A stretch of DNA of 64,000 nt from assembly GCA_038496445.1 (NCBI GenBank), contig JALMLS010000005.1:62001-126000 (forward strand). The letters are read 5' to 3'. A program made the position numbers and the translations under genes. Shown piece by piece: positions 38,301 through 51,794 of the stretch; the first letter of the stretch is position 1; each line of letters starts with the position of its first letter. Source of the DNA: Trichosphaerium sp. ATCC 40318 (taxonomy: Eukaryota > Protista > Tubulinea). The notes under the pieces were generated by a model. The model had not been told where the DNA came from and ran no database searches. It was given only the letters and a program-made list of their open reading frames with translations.

Positions 38301-39109
38301 TATTACACCCAAATATTATTATGCAAATCATTGGACAGTTACTTGTAACAATACCAAAATGTTTCGATGTTGGCTTCTTGACAATCAAAGTACGTTCAAA
38401 TTCTGTGTTTTTTCTCTTTTGTTATCTTTTTGTAAGGTGAAGCTCGAACTGACACTCTTTGTTTTTCTCCCTAGCTATCACAAGTATTAAAGAACTTCAA
38501 TTCTGGTGAAATAAAATATTTCGTACACCTACTGGCTGCTTATCGCATCATATATCTTGTTGATACATCAGCGCTCATAGAAGGTGTTGCACCCACAATA
38601 GAGGTACGTATAGAACACAGTACGCGTATTTTAATCTTATAATGGGTTTACTACAGTGTAATAAGCTTGTGTTCTTTCCGTATATGCTAGAAGAAGGATC
38701 TAAAGCACAGACAACATCAGTTCTACCAGGGTATGTTTTTCTTTTTTTTTCACAAAAACAAAACAGCTAGTGTTTAAACTTGGTTTTTGTGACCCCTTTT
38801 GCTGTATTAATTTATGACTTTATAGCCAAATGACACAAGTGGCATCTCTTGAAGCTTCTATGAAGGATGTATTGATAGTTCATTTTCTAGAAAATGGCTG
38901 GAAAGCAACAGTATGTTGATATTGTCTTTTTTTATTTTTCGACAAAGTTTAACTTCTTTTTCACTTAGAACCTCTGGAAACAAACTGCTATTTTAGCAAA
39001 GGGTGTTGAAGAAATTGTTTGTATTGAATTAGAAGATACGTCACTGATAATATCGGCTTCAGAAAAGGCAGTCAATCAAGTCAATTCAGCCATAGAGGCT
39101 AAACAGTAA
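35327..39109 (+). CDS. Roco-family protein: LRRs, Roc GTPase and COR-like region, no kinase
   Basis: LRRs (LKVLNLSYNDI, LESLNLNYN). Roc motifs FVFLGDDNAGKT, TFDFGG, FIVG|THID, FVSNRSGKGI. COR-like YLSDMG..Y..VILHP. The start is uncertain. Confidence 0.8.
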
Positions 39110-39194
39110 TTGAAAACATCCCAAAGTAATATTGGGCAATGAGTTGTTTGCATTAGTCACACGAACAAAGAACTTGTCATCCTTTCTTATTTAT

Positions 39195-39600
39195 TCAAAG
39201 TGTGATGATTAACAATAAAGTAGCTACCAATACATCAATTGAGATCCTGATAGCAGTTGTATCGTTAGGTGTACTCGGAGTATTATCAACTTTTACAATT
39301 TTTGATAGTTGCTGAGATAGCAAATAAACTTTGATGACCGCGTTGAGTCTGTGTAGTTGGAGTGACAGGTACTGTAGGTGCTTTATTTGTAGGAGGTGCC
39401 CCACAAGCTAGATTGCTGGTGTTGAACAAACCAACCATTGAGGCAGTATTAGACAGAGAGAACTGGTAACGTAGCTGAAGACATTGTCCTTTATCTAGCA
39501 AGTCTGTGTTTAATTAACAACATTACAAACAAAACTAAACAACTTTTTCAACACCTCGTTTATCAAAAGCCAGTAGAATACTAATGTACTGTCTATCATA
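39195..39600 (-). pseudogene. C-terminal fragment of a GPI-anchored/surface protein
   Basis: Thr/Pro-rich stalk (CGAPPTNKAPTVPVTPTTQTQ) followed, in another frame, by a hydrophobic terminus (ISIDVLVATLLLIITL*). No clear start. Confidence 0.35.
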
Positions 39601-39707
39601 AATAGGCGCAATAATCATAATTGTATTTAAGGAGAAGTTTTATTTTTTATGTGCATACAACCCCTTTTGTTTGTTTTAGTTTTTTTTTCAACTCAGAAAA
39701 AAACTGT

Positions 39708-42700
39708 TTAAGTTATGATACCAGGAAGCTTAAACCCAGCATTACCAAGGAAGGTAGTCCTCTTTTTTAAAGGCGGATGTTTAAGCTTTTGCATAATCCT
39801 GAACAAACCAGTACCAAGAGGAATTGGAGATCCCATAATAATACACTCACTAACACCAGATACATTTTCCTAGAAAATAGTTAAATTTATGGTTTCTGTT
39901 AATAGTTTAGTTGCTAAGCGCAACAAAATCGACCGAAAAGCGGATATTAATTCTCATGATTTCAAAAAAAAATCCACAGATTATTCACACGTGATTGTGA
40001 CAGTGTACATAGAAATAACCTGGCTTTTTTTTTAGTTTGAAATGAAAAAAACGTACAGTATGAGAGTGGACTGCAGCATCGAATAAGAACTCTGTAGTTT
40101 TCTCAAAACTCGCAAGCATGAGTACACTATCTTTTAATTTTGCAATACCAGTACGATGCATACCATAAACTTTACCCTGAGAAAAAGAAAAACAAGTCAG
40201 CAGATACCCTTTTTTTTTTGGAATAGTATAAAATCAAAAGTGTCACAATTCGCACCTTGAAAGTCATCATATCTGCTAATAAAAACAAATGACGTGGGTC
40301 ACATGTAATACCATAAGCACTCATAACTCTTTTAATTTCAAAGATAATAGACGCCCTTGCAGCCTAAAACAGTTAAGAATTGACAAATATTCCTTTTTTT
40401 TTTTTGTAATTTTCTTACCTCTACACCAAGTACTTTTTCCATTTCAAGGATATGATTACTCTTAGTTGTATAAGGTGCAACACCTGGAATACCCAAAATA
40501 TCAAGAAGCCCATTACCTAAAGACAACTTAGCTTAACTCAAAAAAAAGAAAAAAGCAGCAATGAAAAAAAACAGAATTATTACAAACCTGTAGCAACAAG
40601 TTCATATTTTTTATCGTCGTTCTGATGAATAGTGCACTCAGTCAAACCCTAAATAATGTATTAATTTAACACGAACCTCCCAGCTAAGAAACAGCGAGAA
40701 AGAGAAACCAAAAAAAATATAAAGTTCCTTACCGAAATCACAACACTCTTGATTGAAGTCTTCATGTCTTGTAGTACATAATAAATATTAGAGTTTTTCA
40801 AGAAGGCATCAGGAGGTTCAATAATAATCATATTTCCATTCACTTCGATATTCTAAACCAAAAAAAGTCAGTATTGACTTTTTATTGAAAAAACGAGTCT
40901 GCTAGAAGCAACATCGTTTTTGATTTACTTACCTCTGGTTTTAATTTAAGACTCTTTGTTCCAAGTATTCTCTCACATATAGATGAAGGCGTTACATTTA
41001 TTTGTAACTCTGCAATACGCGATTTCGATACTTTGGCAAGAATGTAACAAACGTTTTGTTTATAAACCTCAGAGATATAGTCACATACCTACACGCAAAA
41101 AAATCAAGTTAATAAAGGCACTACATAGTTAAACAAGAAGATATTTGGATGATACGTACATTGTATAATGTATATTGGCGGACTTGACGAAGTGTCTTTC
41201 TTGCGAACTCAAAGTTTGTATTATACATTAACTGAGCCATTATAATTGGTGTTTTGATTGTTTTTGTTGCATTTATAATTTCACTAATACGAGGTACACC
41301 CAACGTAATCTTTGAAGCCAATCCGGCGAAATGGAAAGTCTAAAGAGATCAATATGTTGAAATGAAAAAGCAGGTTGCAGTTTCAACAAAAAATCCGTAC
41401 TTTTAGGGTCATTTGAGTACATGGTTCGCCCAATGACTGGCCACCTATCGCACCAACAGCAGTACCAGGTTCGACAATAGATAGCTTGAACTTACTCTCC
41501 AAAATCTTGAATATGTAGTCGATCTAAAACCAAACATTAACAAACCAAAACATTAACTTCAAGTGTTTTTTTTTCTCGCAAAAAAGGACGTACTTGCTTC
41601 TTACTAATACTCAGAACTTGATTTACGTGAGCAAGACCCTCTAAGATAATATGTCAAAATAACATCCAAAAAACACGTGATTTTCAATTACCCCTTTCTT
41701 CATCTGTGTAGTCTGATACAGGTTTGCCTCTTGATAACCCAGATTCGAGGTTGTGATTTAAGCGTATTGCCGCAAGGTCATTAGCAATACCATCAACATC
41801 AACAAGCCGTTTTGTTACTTTTTTCTTTCTCTTCTTTGTTCCTTCCTTAGAATCATCATAGTTATTGTACTCGTGCTTGATAGAATCTATAAAAGCGTTA
41901 GCCCTCGACATGACAAGCAAACATTTTAGTTGCAAAAAAACACGTTACCCATTGAAGAATCGAAGTAACACTTAATTTTATCCTTAAAGAATTTAGGTAT
42001 TTCCAAATCCTCAGCTTTCTTCTCTGCCAAGTTTATAATCTCCCAAGGCTCAAGGGAATTTTCAGGAGCACAAGGATATAAATTCATAGCTTGTGTAATC
42101 AAACGCTCCATATCAACAGGGAACTCCTTTTAAAAAAGTAAGAAAATATATGGAATCGGGAAAGCATACATCTGTCTCCATGTTCATTGGGTCTACGCCA
42201 TCATCACCATAGCTTATTATTGATAAGTATATGAATAAGAGTATTAACGCTATGGATAACTTACTTAAACTGAACAATACCACCAGAAGAGTTTTGTACT
42301 GTTCCATCGTACTGTACAACTAAATCCTCCAAGGCTTTCATCAAACGACGTTGCATGTATCCAGTCTCTGCGGTCTTTACTGCAGTATCTACTAAACCTT
42401 CTCTTCCAGCCATTGTATGAAAGAAAAATTCTTGTGGTGTTAACCCAGTAAAGAAAGAGTTCCTCACAAAGCCTTTGGCTTTTGGCTCTTGAGCTACAAA
42501 CAAAATAAGTTAACTCCTCCATTGACAGAGTTAGGTCAACAACACGTACCTCCAACTCTAAAGTGTGGAAGTGTTCTGTTTTCGAAACCATCATGGATAC
42601 GTGTTCCTGCGACTACTTGTTGTCCGACACAAGCGATCATTTGGGATATATTTACAGTTGAACCTAAAATTGTGTTAAGCTTTGAATTCCTATTGTTTGG

Positions 42701-45700
42701 TTAGAACGTACCCTTAGATCCGCAAAGTGCCATAGTTAATGGCGCATTTAGAAGGGTAAGTTCATCTACGCACATCTTACCGGCTTGGTCTCGAATATCA
42801 GAAAGCTTAGCACTAATCTCTGACTAGGTAGTGTTAGAAAAGCCAATGGCTGTTTTGAATCAATTATATTACCTCAAGAGTAGCCTCTGGTGTAGTTCCA
42901 GCTCTAGCTTTTAATTTTCCTGCTTTGTATGCTCTTATTTGAGTATCACAGTCTGCATAATTCTCTTGTACAATTCTATTCTTTTCTCTTGATAGCCTTG
43001 CAGTTGGAGTAACATCAGCAATACCAATAGAAAAACCATGATCACCTTTTTTACTCAGTTAGCAAACAGAAACAAAAAAAACACTTTGTTTGGCGTACCA
43101 AGCCAACGTGCTGAAAGCCTAGCTAGACGACTCATTCTATCTGCAGATATATCAGAAGAGTAGTCTCTCATTAGTACATGAAACATGTTTCCTTTTCCTC
43201 CACCCAAGCACTTCTTATCCATAGAACCGCACATGAGCTCACCTAAAGTTAAAATCTTAACTGATGTATTTTGTTTAACAAGGACCCAGCGTACCATTAT
43301 GCCATATATAATAACCATCACGTGGTGTCATACATATATGCATATTATTTTCCTTTCTTTCATCCATAAAAGTCTTTGGTGGACCATATCGCTTGCATTT
43401 TCCTTCAATGTTAATTTTGATATTCGTTTCATCCGTTGGATTGAGAAGCACGTCGAAAACTTGCTTTCCAGTCCATAACTCCATAGGCTAAAAATACCAC
43501 GTGTTAGCATTAAATGATTATATACAGCATACTTTAACAATGGTAGGAGGTGGCACTCGAACAGGAGCAGACCCAAGTATGTCAGGAGTAAAGAAAGAAC
43601 ATATCTGACAAAACTGAGCTCTATCATAAAATCTGTCCTTGTTCGTTATCAAACATGAAGCAGATATAAAATCCTGAATTGCGCAAACAAGTACAGATCC
43701 ATCACGTGGCGTTTGCAAGTTATGGCCGACCTAAACCAAAAAATCTTAACCTCAAAAAAAGACAGAACAAAAACGATAGTACATACACTCATTAGTTCTA
43801 CAGCCTCTGCTCTCGCTTCCTCTGTTTGTGGTACGTGTAAATTCATTTCATCACCATCTATAAATTATTGAGTTAACTACAAAGACTACATTTGAAAGAG
43901 CGAAGTAACATACCGAAATCGGCATTGTAAGGATTACAAACACACTCATTAAACCGAAATGTTCTGTAAGGAACTACTTTAACCTATTACGCGGTTAACT
44001 AAATGCCTTACATGCACTTGCAAATTATAAGTACTCTGTGAGACATGATACTGATTCTATGTAATGAAGGCTGCCTGTTGAACAAAACAACATCCTTATC
44101 ATCAACATGACGCTCAACAACATCGCCTATTCTCAGTTTATCCGCAATCATATTACGAACTTTAGGCTTTAACACATCGAGGAACCTATGCAAGCAATCA
44201 ATTTGCGAACCAAAAAAGAAAGCCTGATAATCAAACAAAAAGAAATAGAATACTTGTGAAAAGTTGAGGAATTTTCGACGCGTTAAAACCGACATGGTAT
44301 TAAATAAACCAACCCGGGGAACTATCGTCGGTAGTTTAAACTATATATTGCAGGTGTGTGAACGTACTTGCGTGATCCGTCGCTCGAAAATTCGACATAA
44401 CGAGCGCCTGGATGAACATCTGAACCTCTACGAACAAGTTCTTGTAGTTTCTTCAAGTTGACATTATTTACTCGCTCTGGGTACGTTAATTTTTTCGCAA
44501 CAAGCTCTGGTACACCCACCTATTTACAAATGATTAACGTTACTGTGTAGCATTAATTTAACTTACTTGATGTACTGTAAGATTAGGATCTGGAGAAATA
44601 ACAGTACGCCCTGAGAAATCAACACGTTTTCCTTTTCACAAGGTTAATAACTTGAACCGCATGGTGTCAAAGCCTTACCTGATAAATTACCACGGAAGCG
44701 CCCTTGTTTACCCTTTAATCTTTGACTTAAACCACGAATAGGTCTCCTTTGTACTCTACCAGGAAGACCAGGTGTCTGACTGTTTATATACAACGCTGTT
44801 TCAATTTGAAGAATATCCCATAGATCCTGTAAACATATCACATCAGTTTTTGTTTCGCAACGCAGCGTTCATTATCAATACGCACCACAATATCCATGGT
44901 CGACTTTCCAGCTGCCATATTTTTTTTAATAACATTAGTAATCTGTAGAATCTCGCTCAACTTCATAGTTAAATCATCCTCATTACTACAGGATTTTAAT
45001 TTTAATGCGTACTATATGAAAACCATGATTGTACCTCTTTCCCATCGCCTCCATAGAAACAGATGGTCTAATACAGGCTGGAGGGACCAAAAGATGTGTA
45101 AGAATAAGATCTTTAGGGTGACTGAAACTAGGATCCATGTCCAGAATTTCACAATCCGCCTCGGAAATCCTTGAAAAAATGGACAAAACACGCTGCGGAT
45201 TCAAGTCTTCCTATTACATTCAATTATTACCATTTGTTTTGGCTATAATTTTACACGTACATGAGCTTTCATAACCTGTCCTTTTAACATGGGGTGATGT
45301 TTTTCAGCGTTTTTAAACTCGGACATAAAAGATGCACGTGCATCTTGAGTTCTACCTTTATCTGGGTATTTTCTGTGAATTAATTTTATACCATTCTTTT
45401 TAACAACATCACCTGACAGAGCAAGTCAGCCAAAATAAAAAACACTGCATAGGAAAGAACACTCCTAACACCTCTATTTCGTAGGGTATTCAGGTACAAT
45501 TAATTTGTTTACGTACCATCGTATTCATGGCAATAAGGACACTGCTTAACTTTTTTACAATCTTTAAGTATTTCTTTTAATTGTTCTGTTCTTCTAGCCC
45601 AATCAACGTAAGGTCTCCTCAATAGCTTCAAGTAACGGTCCTTCTCTTCTTGACCTAATTTTACAGAGCTACAGGACTAACAGAATAATTAACGAAAAAT

Positions 45701-46263
45701 CAATAAAAAACATTCTTTGCCAAAGTGTCAGTTTGTAACTTGACGTCTTACCTTGCAGATAATGTTTAGGATTTGTATAATGTATTGTAAGAAGCCTATG
45801 TGGTATACAGGTAAAACAAGTTCAATGTAACCAAAATGGCCAATACAATCCTAGTATGTGTTATAAACGTTACGTAAGCGTAACCGTACCGCCAATTTAC
45901 GCCCACAGGTAGTACACAATGACTTGCGCGAGCTAACACCCAATCTTTGATCTAGTGGTCCAAACGGCATCGGATTTTGTGATGGGGGCTCGTATAGCTC
46001 TCTGTTAACAACTTGTATCTCTTGGAAGGTGTTAGTTTTAACGTTAAACTACAGACTGCTTGTACCAGATAGTTTCGTCATTTCTAGCGCTGAGAAGACA
46101 CCAAATTTAATATGCGAGCTAATTTATAGTTTAGAGTATGTATTTTTGTCAAAACGCACATCTTCTTTGCTGTGGTGATTTCTTGCGTATATTCCTTCAT
46201 TCTAGAAGCTGGCGGCCCAACGTATACATCATCGTCAACGTCCATTGGCGTTGGCGCCGACAT
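39708..46263 (-). CDS. RPC1: DNA-directed RNA polymerase III largest subunit
   Basis: [30 protein letters not shown], catalytic YNADF|[57 protein letters not shown]. No heptad CTD. Confidence 0.95.
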
Positions 46264-46392
46264 ACGCAATACTCTTTATAAAGGAAGAAGTTGAGCTGTT
46301 TTTGTGGTATTTTTTTGTTGGCTAAGTGAATGCTGCTTTGCTTCTGCCAATTTTCTTCGAAGGTCAAGCCCTGAAAAAAACCATTGAAATGA
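46264..46392. promoter_or_regulatory. Very short bidirectional promoter region between RPC1 and the FkbM methyltransferase
   Basis: Head-to-head start codons with about 129 bp between them. Confidence 0.6.
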
Positions 46393-47705
46393 ATGGCACG
46401 AAAGTGGTTGGATAGAGCTATCGTTGCTATAATTGTATACGTACTATCAACGTATATAAATAGCCGGTTTAGTTCCCCAGAGACAGTTAAATTACAAAAA
46501 GACCTAGACCAGGCTATTCTCGAAATACGCTATCTAAGAGGCCTAGTTCCAGATCCTCCTTTGTGGCATGTACGTTGTTACATTTTAACGTTGACATTTA
46601 CGCTTTTGAGTCAGTTACATAATTGGCGCAGCGAATCAAGCCTTCTTGTGGCGATTCCAGCAGGTAAGAGAGTTATAGGTATGTTTATTTAAATTAACAA
46701 TTAAAAAGCGCCTATTGACTATGGAGGCACTATAGTATTTGAAACGGGAGTAAAGGTACCTTGTACTTGTACGCAGAGCATTAACAACGCATTCAGCGCT
46801 TGTGGCTCGATATTGGCGCTAGAGTACATAACTGGACCTCTCCGTTAGCTCCCCACGTTAACACCAAACAACTAACAGGCGTGTAGGCATTTTTTAGACA
46901 AACAAACAAACCTGGCAGTTATTTCTTTTGAACCAATGTTCGAGGCATGGGGACGCTCTGGAGTTGGTTACCACGACCGGTTTATTTCTTTACCACTTGC
47001 CTTGACATCATATGATGGGTTTGCATTACTAACAAAGACGAAGGATGGAGATTGTAGTGTACGAGTGTCATTTCTTGACATGTGTCAAAAAAATCAAAAT
47101 AACATTTTGGGTGTCAAATGTGTTAGTTGACACGACTTTTTTTTAGAGCATAAAAGAATTAAATAAGCTTACAGTAGAAAAACAAGTATGGCCAAAAGAT
47201 TGTTCAGAAATAGTTACAAGGACGTAAGTGGTTAAACAACATCTAAAAAGAACCATAAAACTTTGTTTTAAACAAAGTTCTTTTTTAGGCCAATTCCTGT
47301 AGCAAAGCTTGAAACAATTATAGCCCTTATACCATCTGATATAGATATTGAGTATACACATATTGATGCTCAAGGATCAGACTTTGATATTATTAAGAGT
47401 GGAGGGGAAGCATTGTCACGCCTTAATGTTGTTGTGCTTGAGCTTCATACTACAGAACTATACGTTAATGCACCATTAAAAATAGACGTTATGTCTTGGA
47501 TGAGTAGTAAAGTAAGACCATCATAATGCTTATAACATTTACCACTAGTTTCTAACATTCTTTTCTAAAGGGCTTTGTTTACCTTGGTGAAGTGGCTAAA
47601 AGCTCTCTTGAAGTAGATATTTTGTTTCGGAACAAAAATAAGGAGTTACCAGAGCATGTTGCTCCTCTACAAGCGATTATAAGTCGTCTTGAGCCTCAGC
47701 CATGA
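46393..47705 (+). CDS. FkbM-family SAM methyltransferase with N-terminal membrane anchor
   Basis: TM segment AIVAIIVYVLSTYI; WLDIGA, VISFEP, HIDAQGSDFDII, VVVLEL..ELY. Confidence 0.85.
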
Positions 47706-47872
47706 TGGTACTCGCTATGTAAAATAAAGTTAATGTAACATCAAAGTAGCATTCTATTTGTCATGTTGTATTGCTTAACATAGACAGTTAAGGCGTACTT
47801 TGATCGCGAACAGATCACGTGTTCTAAAACATTTGGATTCCATTAAGAGGTTGTTAATTAGATAGTCAAAAC

Positions 47873-48629
47873 ATGGCGTTTTTTGTACGAAATTGGAGTA
47901 TTTCGAGAATGTTGTGACTTTTTAGTAGTCAAGCGATTCTCAATCGCTTCATATTGGTTTACTGGATCTCCCAGTAGAAATACAGTTAGACATAACGGAT
48001 TTGTCCCCTAAATTATACAAACAATGGCCACTGTTATCTAAAAGAGCGGCTACTATCACACGGTTTGATAGTAACTTGAATAAACATGGTAAATGGATAC
48101 GCCTAAAATCTCGTGATCAAAATGGTACACACAAGATAAAACAAGGGTACTGGAAAAATGGAATTAAAGAAGGAGAGCATACGGTTTGGTATAGCGATTC
48201 AGATCAAATTGAGCATTGTGCAAACTACAATAACGGTAAACTAAACGGAAAGTACTCGTCTTTTATGCCGATGGCAAGTCCCACGTGAGGTGTTGTTATA
48301 AAGACGATAATATAGTTGGAGAATATGTAAAGATGGATTGTGATGGACAGCTACGTCTTCACTGCTTTTATAATGAAGGCGGTGTAAAGCATGGCGGTTT
48401 GTGTAGCTGGTACGAAAATGGTATGTTGTTTCAATGTTTTTACTATGAACACGGTAAACAACTTGGCAGACAGAGAGAATGGCATTTCAATGGCAAGTTA
48501 CTTTACGATGTTACGTACCATGATAAATATAAGCATACCAAGTCAAGAATACATTCGGACGTAGGAGCGAAGCTTCCTGAGTATCGGTACTTGCAAGGCA
48601 ATAGTCGCGGTATTACAATGGCAGACTAA
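47873..48629 (+). CDS. F-box-like plus MORN-variant/YwqK-type repeat protein with an apparent 1-nt frameshift at ~48261-48264
   Basis: LLDLPVEIQ N-terminus; repeats YWKNGIKEGEHTVWY, YNNGKLNGKY, KHGGLCSWYENG. Adding one T to the TTTT run gives SSFYADGKSHVRCCY and joins the two ORFs. Confidence 0.7.
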
Positions 48630-48809
48630 AAAATGTCACGTGACTGAACTGAAAGAAGGAAGTCTAGCTTACAGCTACGCCAACCGGCAGCGAATACCAC
48701 GTTCTTACATTGACATAGTCCTTTGCAAGTAGAAAGTAAAGTTTGGATTAGCTAAATACCTCGTTTTGACTTTTTCAGAATTCTCTATTAGTCATTTATA
48801 CAAAGCGTA

Positions 48810-50245
48810 ATGGCAGAAGAGCCACCAGCACTAGTTGCAGTGGATGACGATGATATCCCAGAGCTTGTACCAACTGAAGAGAAGAGCGTGGTTAAATCTA
48901 GTCGTAAAGTCCCTATTACGTTATTAACAGGATTTTTGGGCGCTGGAAAGGTAATATATAGTTAGTTGGTAAGATTCAGAGCTAACTTCAGTACAAGACA
49001 ACGCTGCTCAATTACATACTTACAAAAAATCACCACAAGCGTATAGCAATCGTACAAAATGAGTTTGGTGACCGTACGTATTTAAAAGGCAAAAAATAAA
49101 CATAAACTTACAAATGCGCCTTCAGAGATTGGCCTCGAAGAAGCTATGCTTAAAGGAGGTGTCAAAAAGCATGATGAAGAGAAAAATATTGAGTGGCTTG
49201 AATTCGACAATGGTACCTCTTTAATCGGCGTAATAAATACTAATTACATATAGGATGTATTTGTTGCTCAGTTAGGTACAGTGAGAAGAAGAATTTAAAC
49301 GTTTTTGAAAAATACTTAACGTCGCTTAGAGATGAAGTAACTATGGCTATGGAAGGTCTAGTAGCAGCAAATCCAGAACTAGAATATATTTTTATCGAAA
49401 CAACAGGCATGGCAGACCCAGGTAAGCATTAAAACGTGTTTAGAAACAAAATCTCGATTTCATTGAATTATTCTCCAGGGACACTTGTACGAGCCTTCTG
49501 GGTTGATGCAGAGCTTCAATCAAATCTATATTTGGATGCTATTGTTACTGTTGTTGATGCAAAGTTCTTCCTAACGCAGTTAACCCTTGAATCATCTCAA
49601 CATGAAAAAATAAATGAGGCTGAACGTCAAGTCGCTTTTGCAGATGTTATCCTTATAAACAAGGTTGATTTGGTAGATGATGATCAACTGACATCTCTGA
49701 AAGCTCGTTTGGATATTATCAATGTATTTGCACCACGTCATCAGACTATTCGTGGCAAAATGGACATAGCAAAACTTTTAGACATTAAAGCGTTTGACCC
49801 AAAACGAGTGATTCCAGCGCCTCCAAAACACCATGATCATAAACACAGTAAAGAACACCACCACGATCACAAACATAGTAAAGAACACCACCATGATCAT
49901 GGCCATGAGAAAGAACAACCTAGTAATCGTGTAGGTACATGTGTTGTTGAGTTTAAAGAACAAGTAACTTTAGAGTTTATGAACCGTTTCCTCGGTCACC
50001 TCTTATGGGAAGTCAAAACACACGAAGTATACAGACTAAAGGGAGTTGTACATATCAAAGGAGAGAATCAGAAGTATAACTGTCAAGGTGTTAATGATAT
50101 TTTTGAAATTGAAGAGTCAGGAGTAATGTGGGGTAAAGATGAAGAACGTAAGACTGCCCTTGTGTTCATTGGCAGACGATTGGATGTTGATGGTCTAATG
50201 GCGTACTTTAAAAAAGCATACAAAGAGTACAACAAAGAAAAATAA
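48810..50245 (+). CDS. ZNG1: COG0523/CobW zinc metallochaperone GTPase (ZNG1/CBWD)
   Basis: N-terminal [19 protein letters not shown]|[30 protein letters not shown], His-rich linker, CobW_C (YRLKG..QGV..LVFIGR). Confidence 0.93.
49829..49900 (+). repeat. 30-nt coding tandem repeat encoding [10 protein letters not shown] units
   Basis: caccatgatcataaacacagtaaagaacac / caccacgatcacaaacatagtaaagaacac / caccatgatcat. Confidence 0.85.
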
Positions 50246-50947
50246 AATTATCTGAACCCATAAAATGAGCAATTTTCTTGGCGTTTTGAACGCACAAATA
50301 GTGTTCCTTACTTTTGATTGACTTCGTATGGATGTCTCAAATAAATCGCCTAACGTTTATTTAAACATACTATTATTTAATTTCGAGATAATGACTGAGA
50401 GCAGGCTCAAAGATTCTTTGATTATATTTATTTAAGTCTAACGAAAAACATTGTTGCAAATCAATCACGTTTCTTTTTTGTATTCATACTCGCTAGAACT
50501 TTGCTGGCGTTTTGTGGGTATGAGCATATTGTCTTCAGTGTTTGAATCATCGCCAAAGCTCAACATGGCGTTTTCAACTGCATTAGTGTTTGACTAGTTT
50601 TTATGCATGTTAGTCGGAGTAGAGGCATTTAGTACGCACGTATATTCCATGTTTGAGAATAGTTTTTTTTATTTCAACTGTTTCTTCTATTACTAGTAGA
50701 TGGTTATAATCGCAATAAACACTGTTTTTAGTTCATACTGTCGTATTCTTGTTCGAGAGGAAGTGATGCGCCCATGGTAGATTGATTATAAATTGTTACT
50801 TTAAGCAAGAATTTGAGTGATTGTTCGAACTAAGCCATTTAATAACTGATCACAAAAATACAGGTTAAACTATATCTGGTCTTGGGGTAGTATGTTGCAC
50901 GTGGGCGAGAGTAAGCGACCAAATAGCTTTATTTGTTTGAAACGTTG

Positions 50948-51794
50948 CTACAAAGTACAAGTCCGTTCTTTAAGATCGCAAGTGAATTCTACCTTTACAG
51001 CGGAGTATAGACCTTCCTCGTTTTCGAATTCAGCTGTTCCCTTTAGCATACAACCTAAAGACATATCGTTAAAAGGTTCAACTTAATATACAAATGAACC
51101 AACCTTTACTTCCGCCTTTGATTCCGTCACATTTTTTATCTACCTTCTAAAAATAATTTGTTATTCTAGTGTTGTACTCATGTGTTTCCATACACAACAG
51201 CCGCTTGTGTCTGATGCTTCTTCAAGAGCTTCGTTTAAATCCATTTTAATAAATTTTGTCTCTCCAGGATGGAGAAAAATGAACTCATCACATCTACGCA
51301 TTTTATTAGCACAGGTACAACTTTTTTTCTTCAACAAAAGTTTTAAACCGTGTACCCCATTCCAGGCCACTCACAAGTTGGATCGTCCAACACAGGACCA
51401 TTAGCCCATTGACAGAAAATTGATAAACAACCTATTACAATAAATATGATTGTCAATGGTACTTGCGTGAAAGAAAATGATTTCCAGTTGGAGAAAGTAG
51501 GCCTTAAGTTCGAAACTACTTTAAAAAATCTTGTTGTACCATATCCTTTCGTTGTGAGCGTTAAATGTCCACCTGCAATGTTTCTTTGTGCATAATTTTT
51601 TATTTGCGCTTGTAAAATCGCTCCTTCGAACGACATACTCAAAAACTGTACGTCGCAAGGACCACTAAACAATTGTGAGTCGCTTGTACAAGTAATAAGC
51701 TTGCTCAAGTAAATACATGCCCTCTACAGTCATTTTCCCACCCAGTACAGTAGACAGTTATAACAAACAATACTAACACAAGAAACGGCTTCAT
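50948..51794 (-). CDS. Small secreted hypothetical protein
   Basis: Signal MKPFLVLVLFVITVYC. A GC-AG intron joins DCRG|GPCDVQF. Ends EFTCDLKERTCTL*. Confidence 0.6.

Noticed and set aside
39708-46263. RPB1 or RPA1 identity for the polymerase subunit
   Set aside because: There is no CTD, and the motifs ([21 protein letters not shown]) fit Pol III.
48635-48644. GTCACGTGAC as a CLEAR lysosomal-regulon element
   Set aside because: It is not upstream of the lysosomal genes (PPT1, cathepsin D), and CACGTG is abundant throughout the window.
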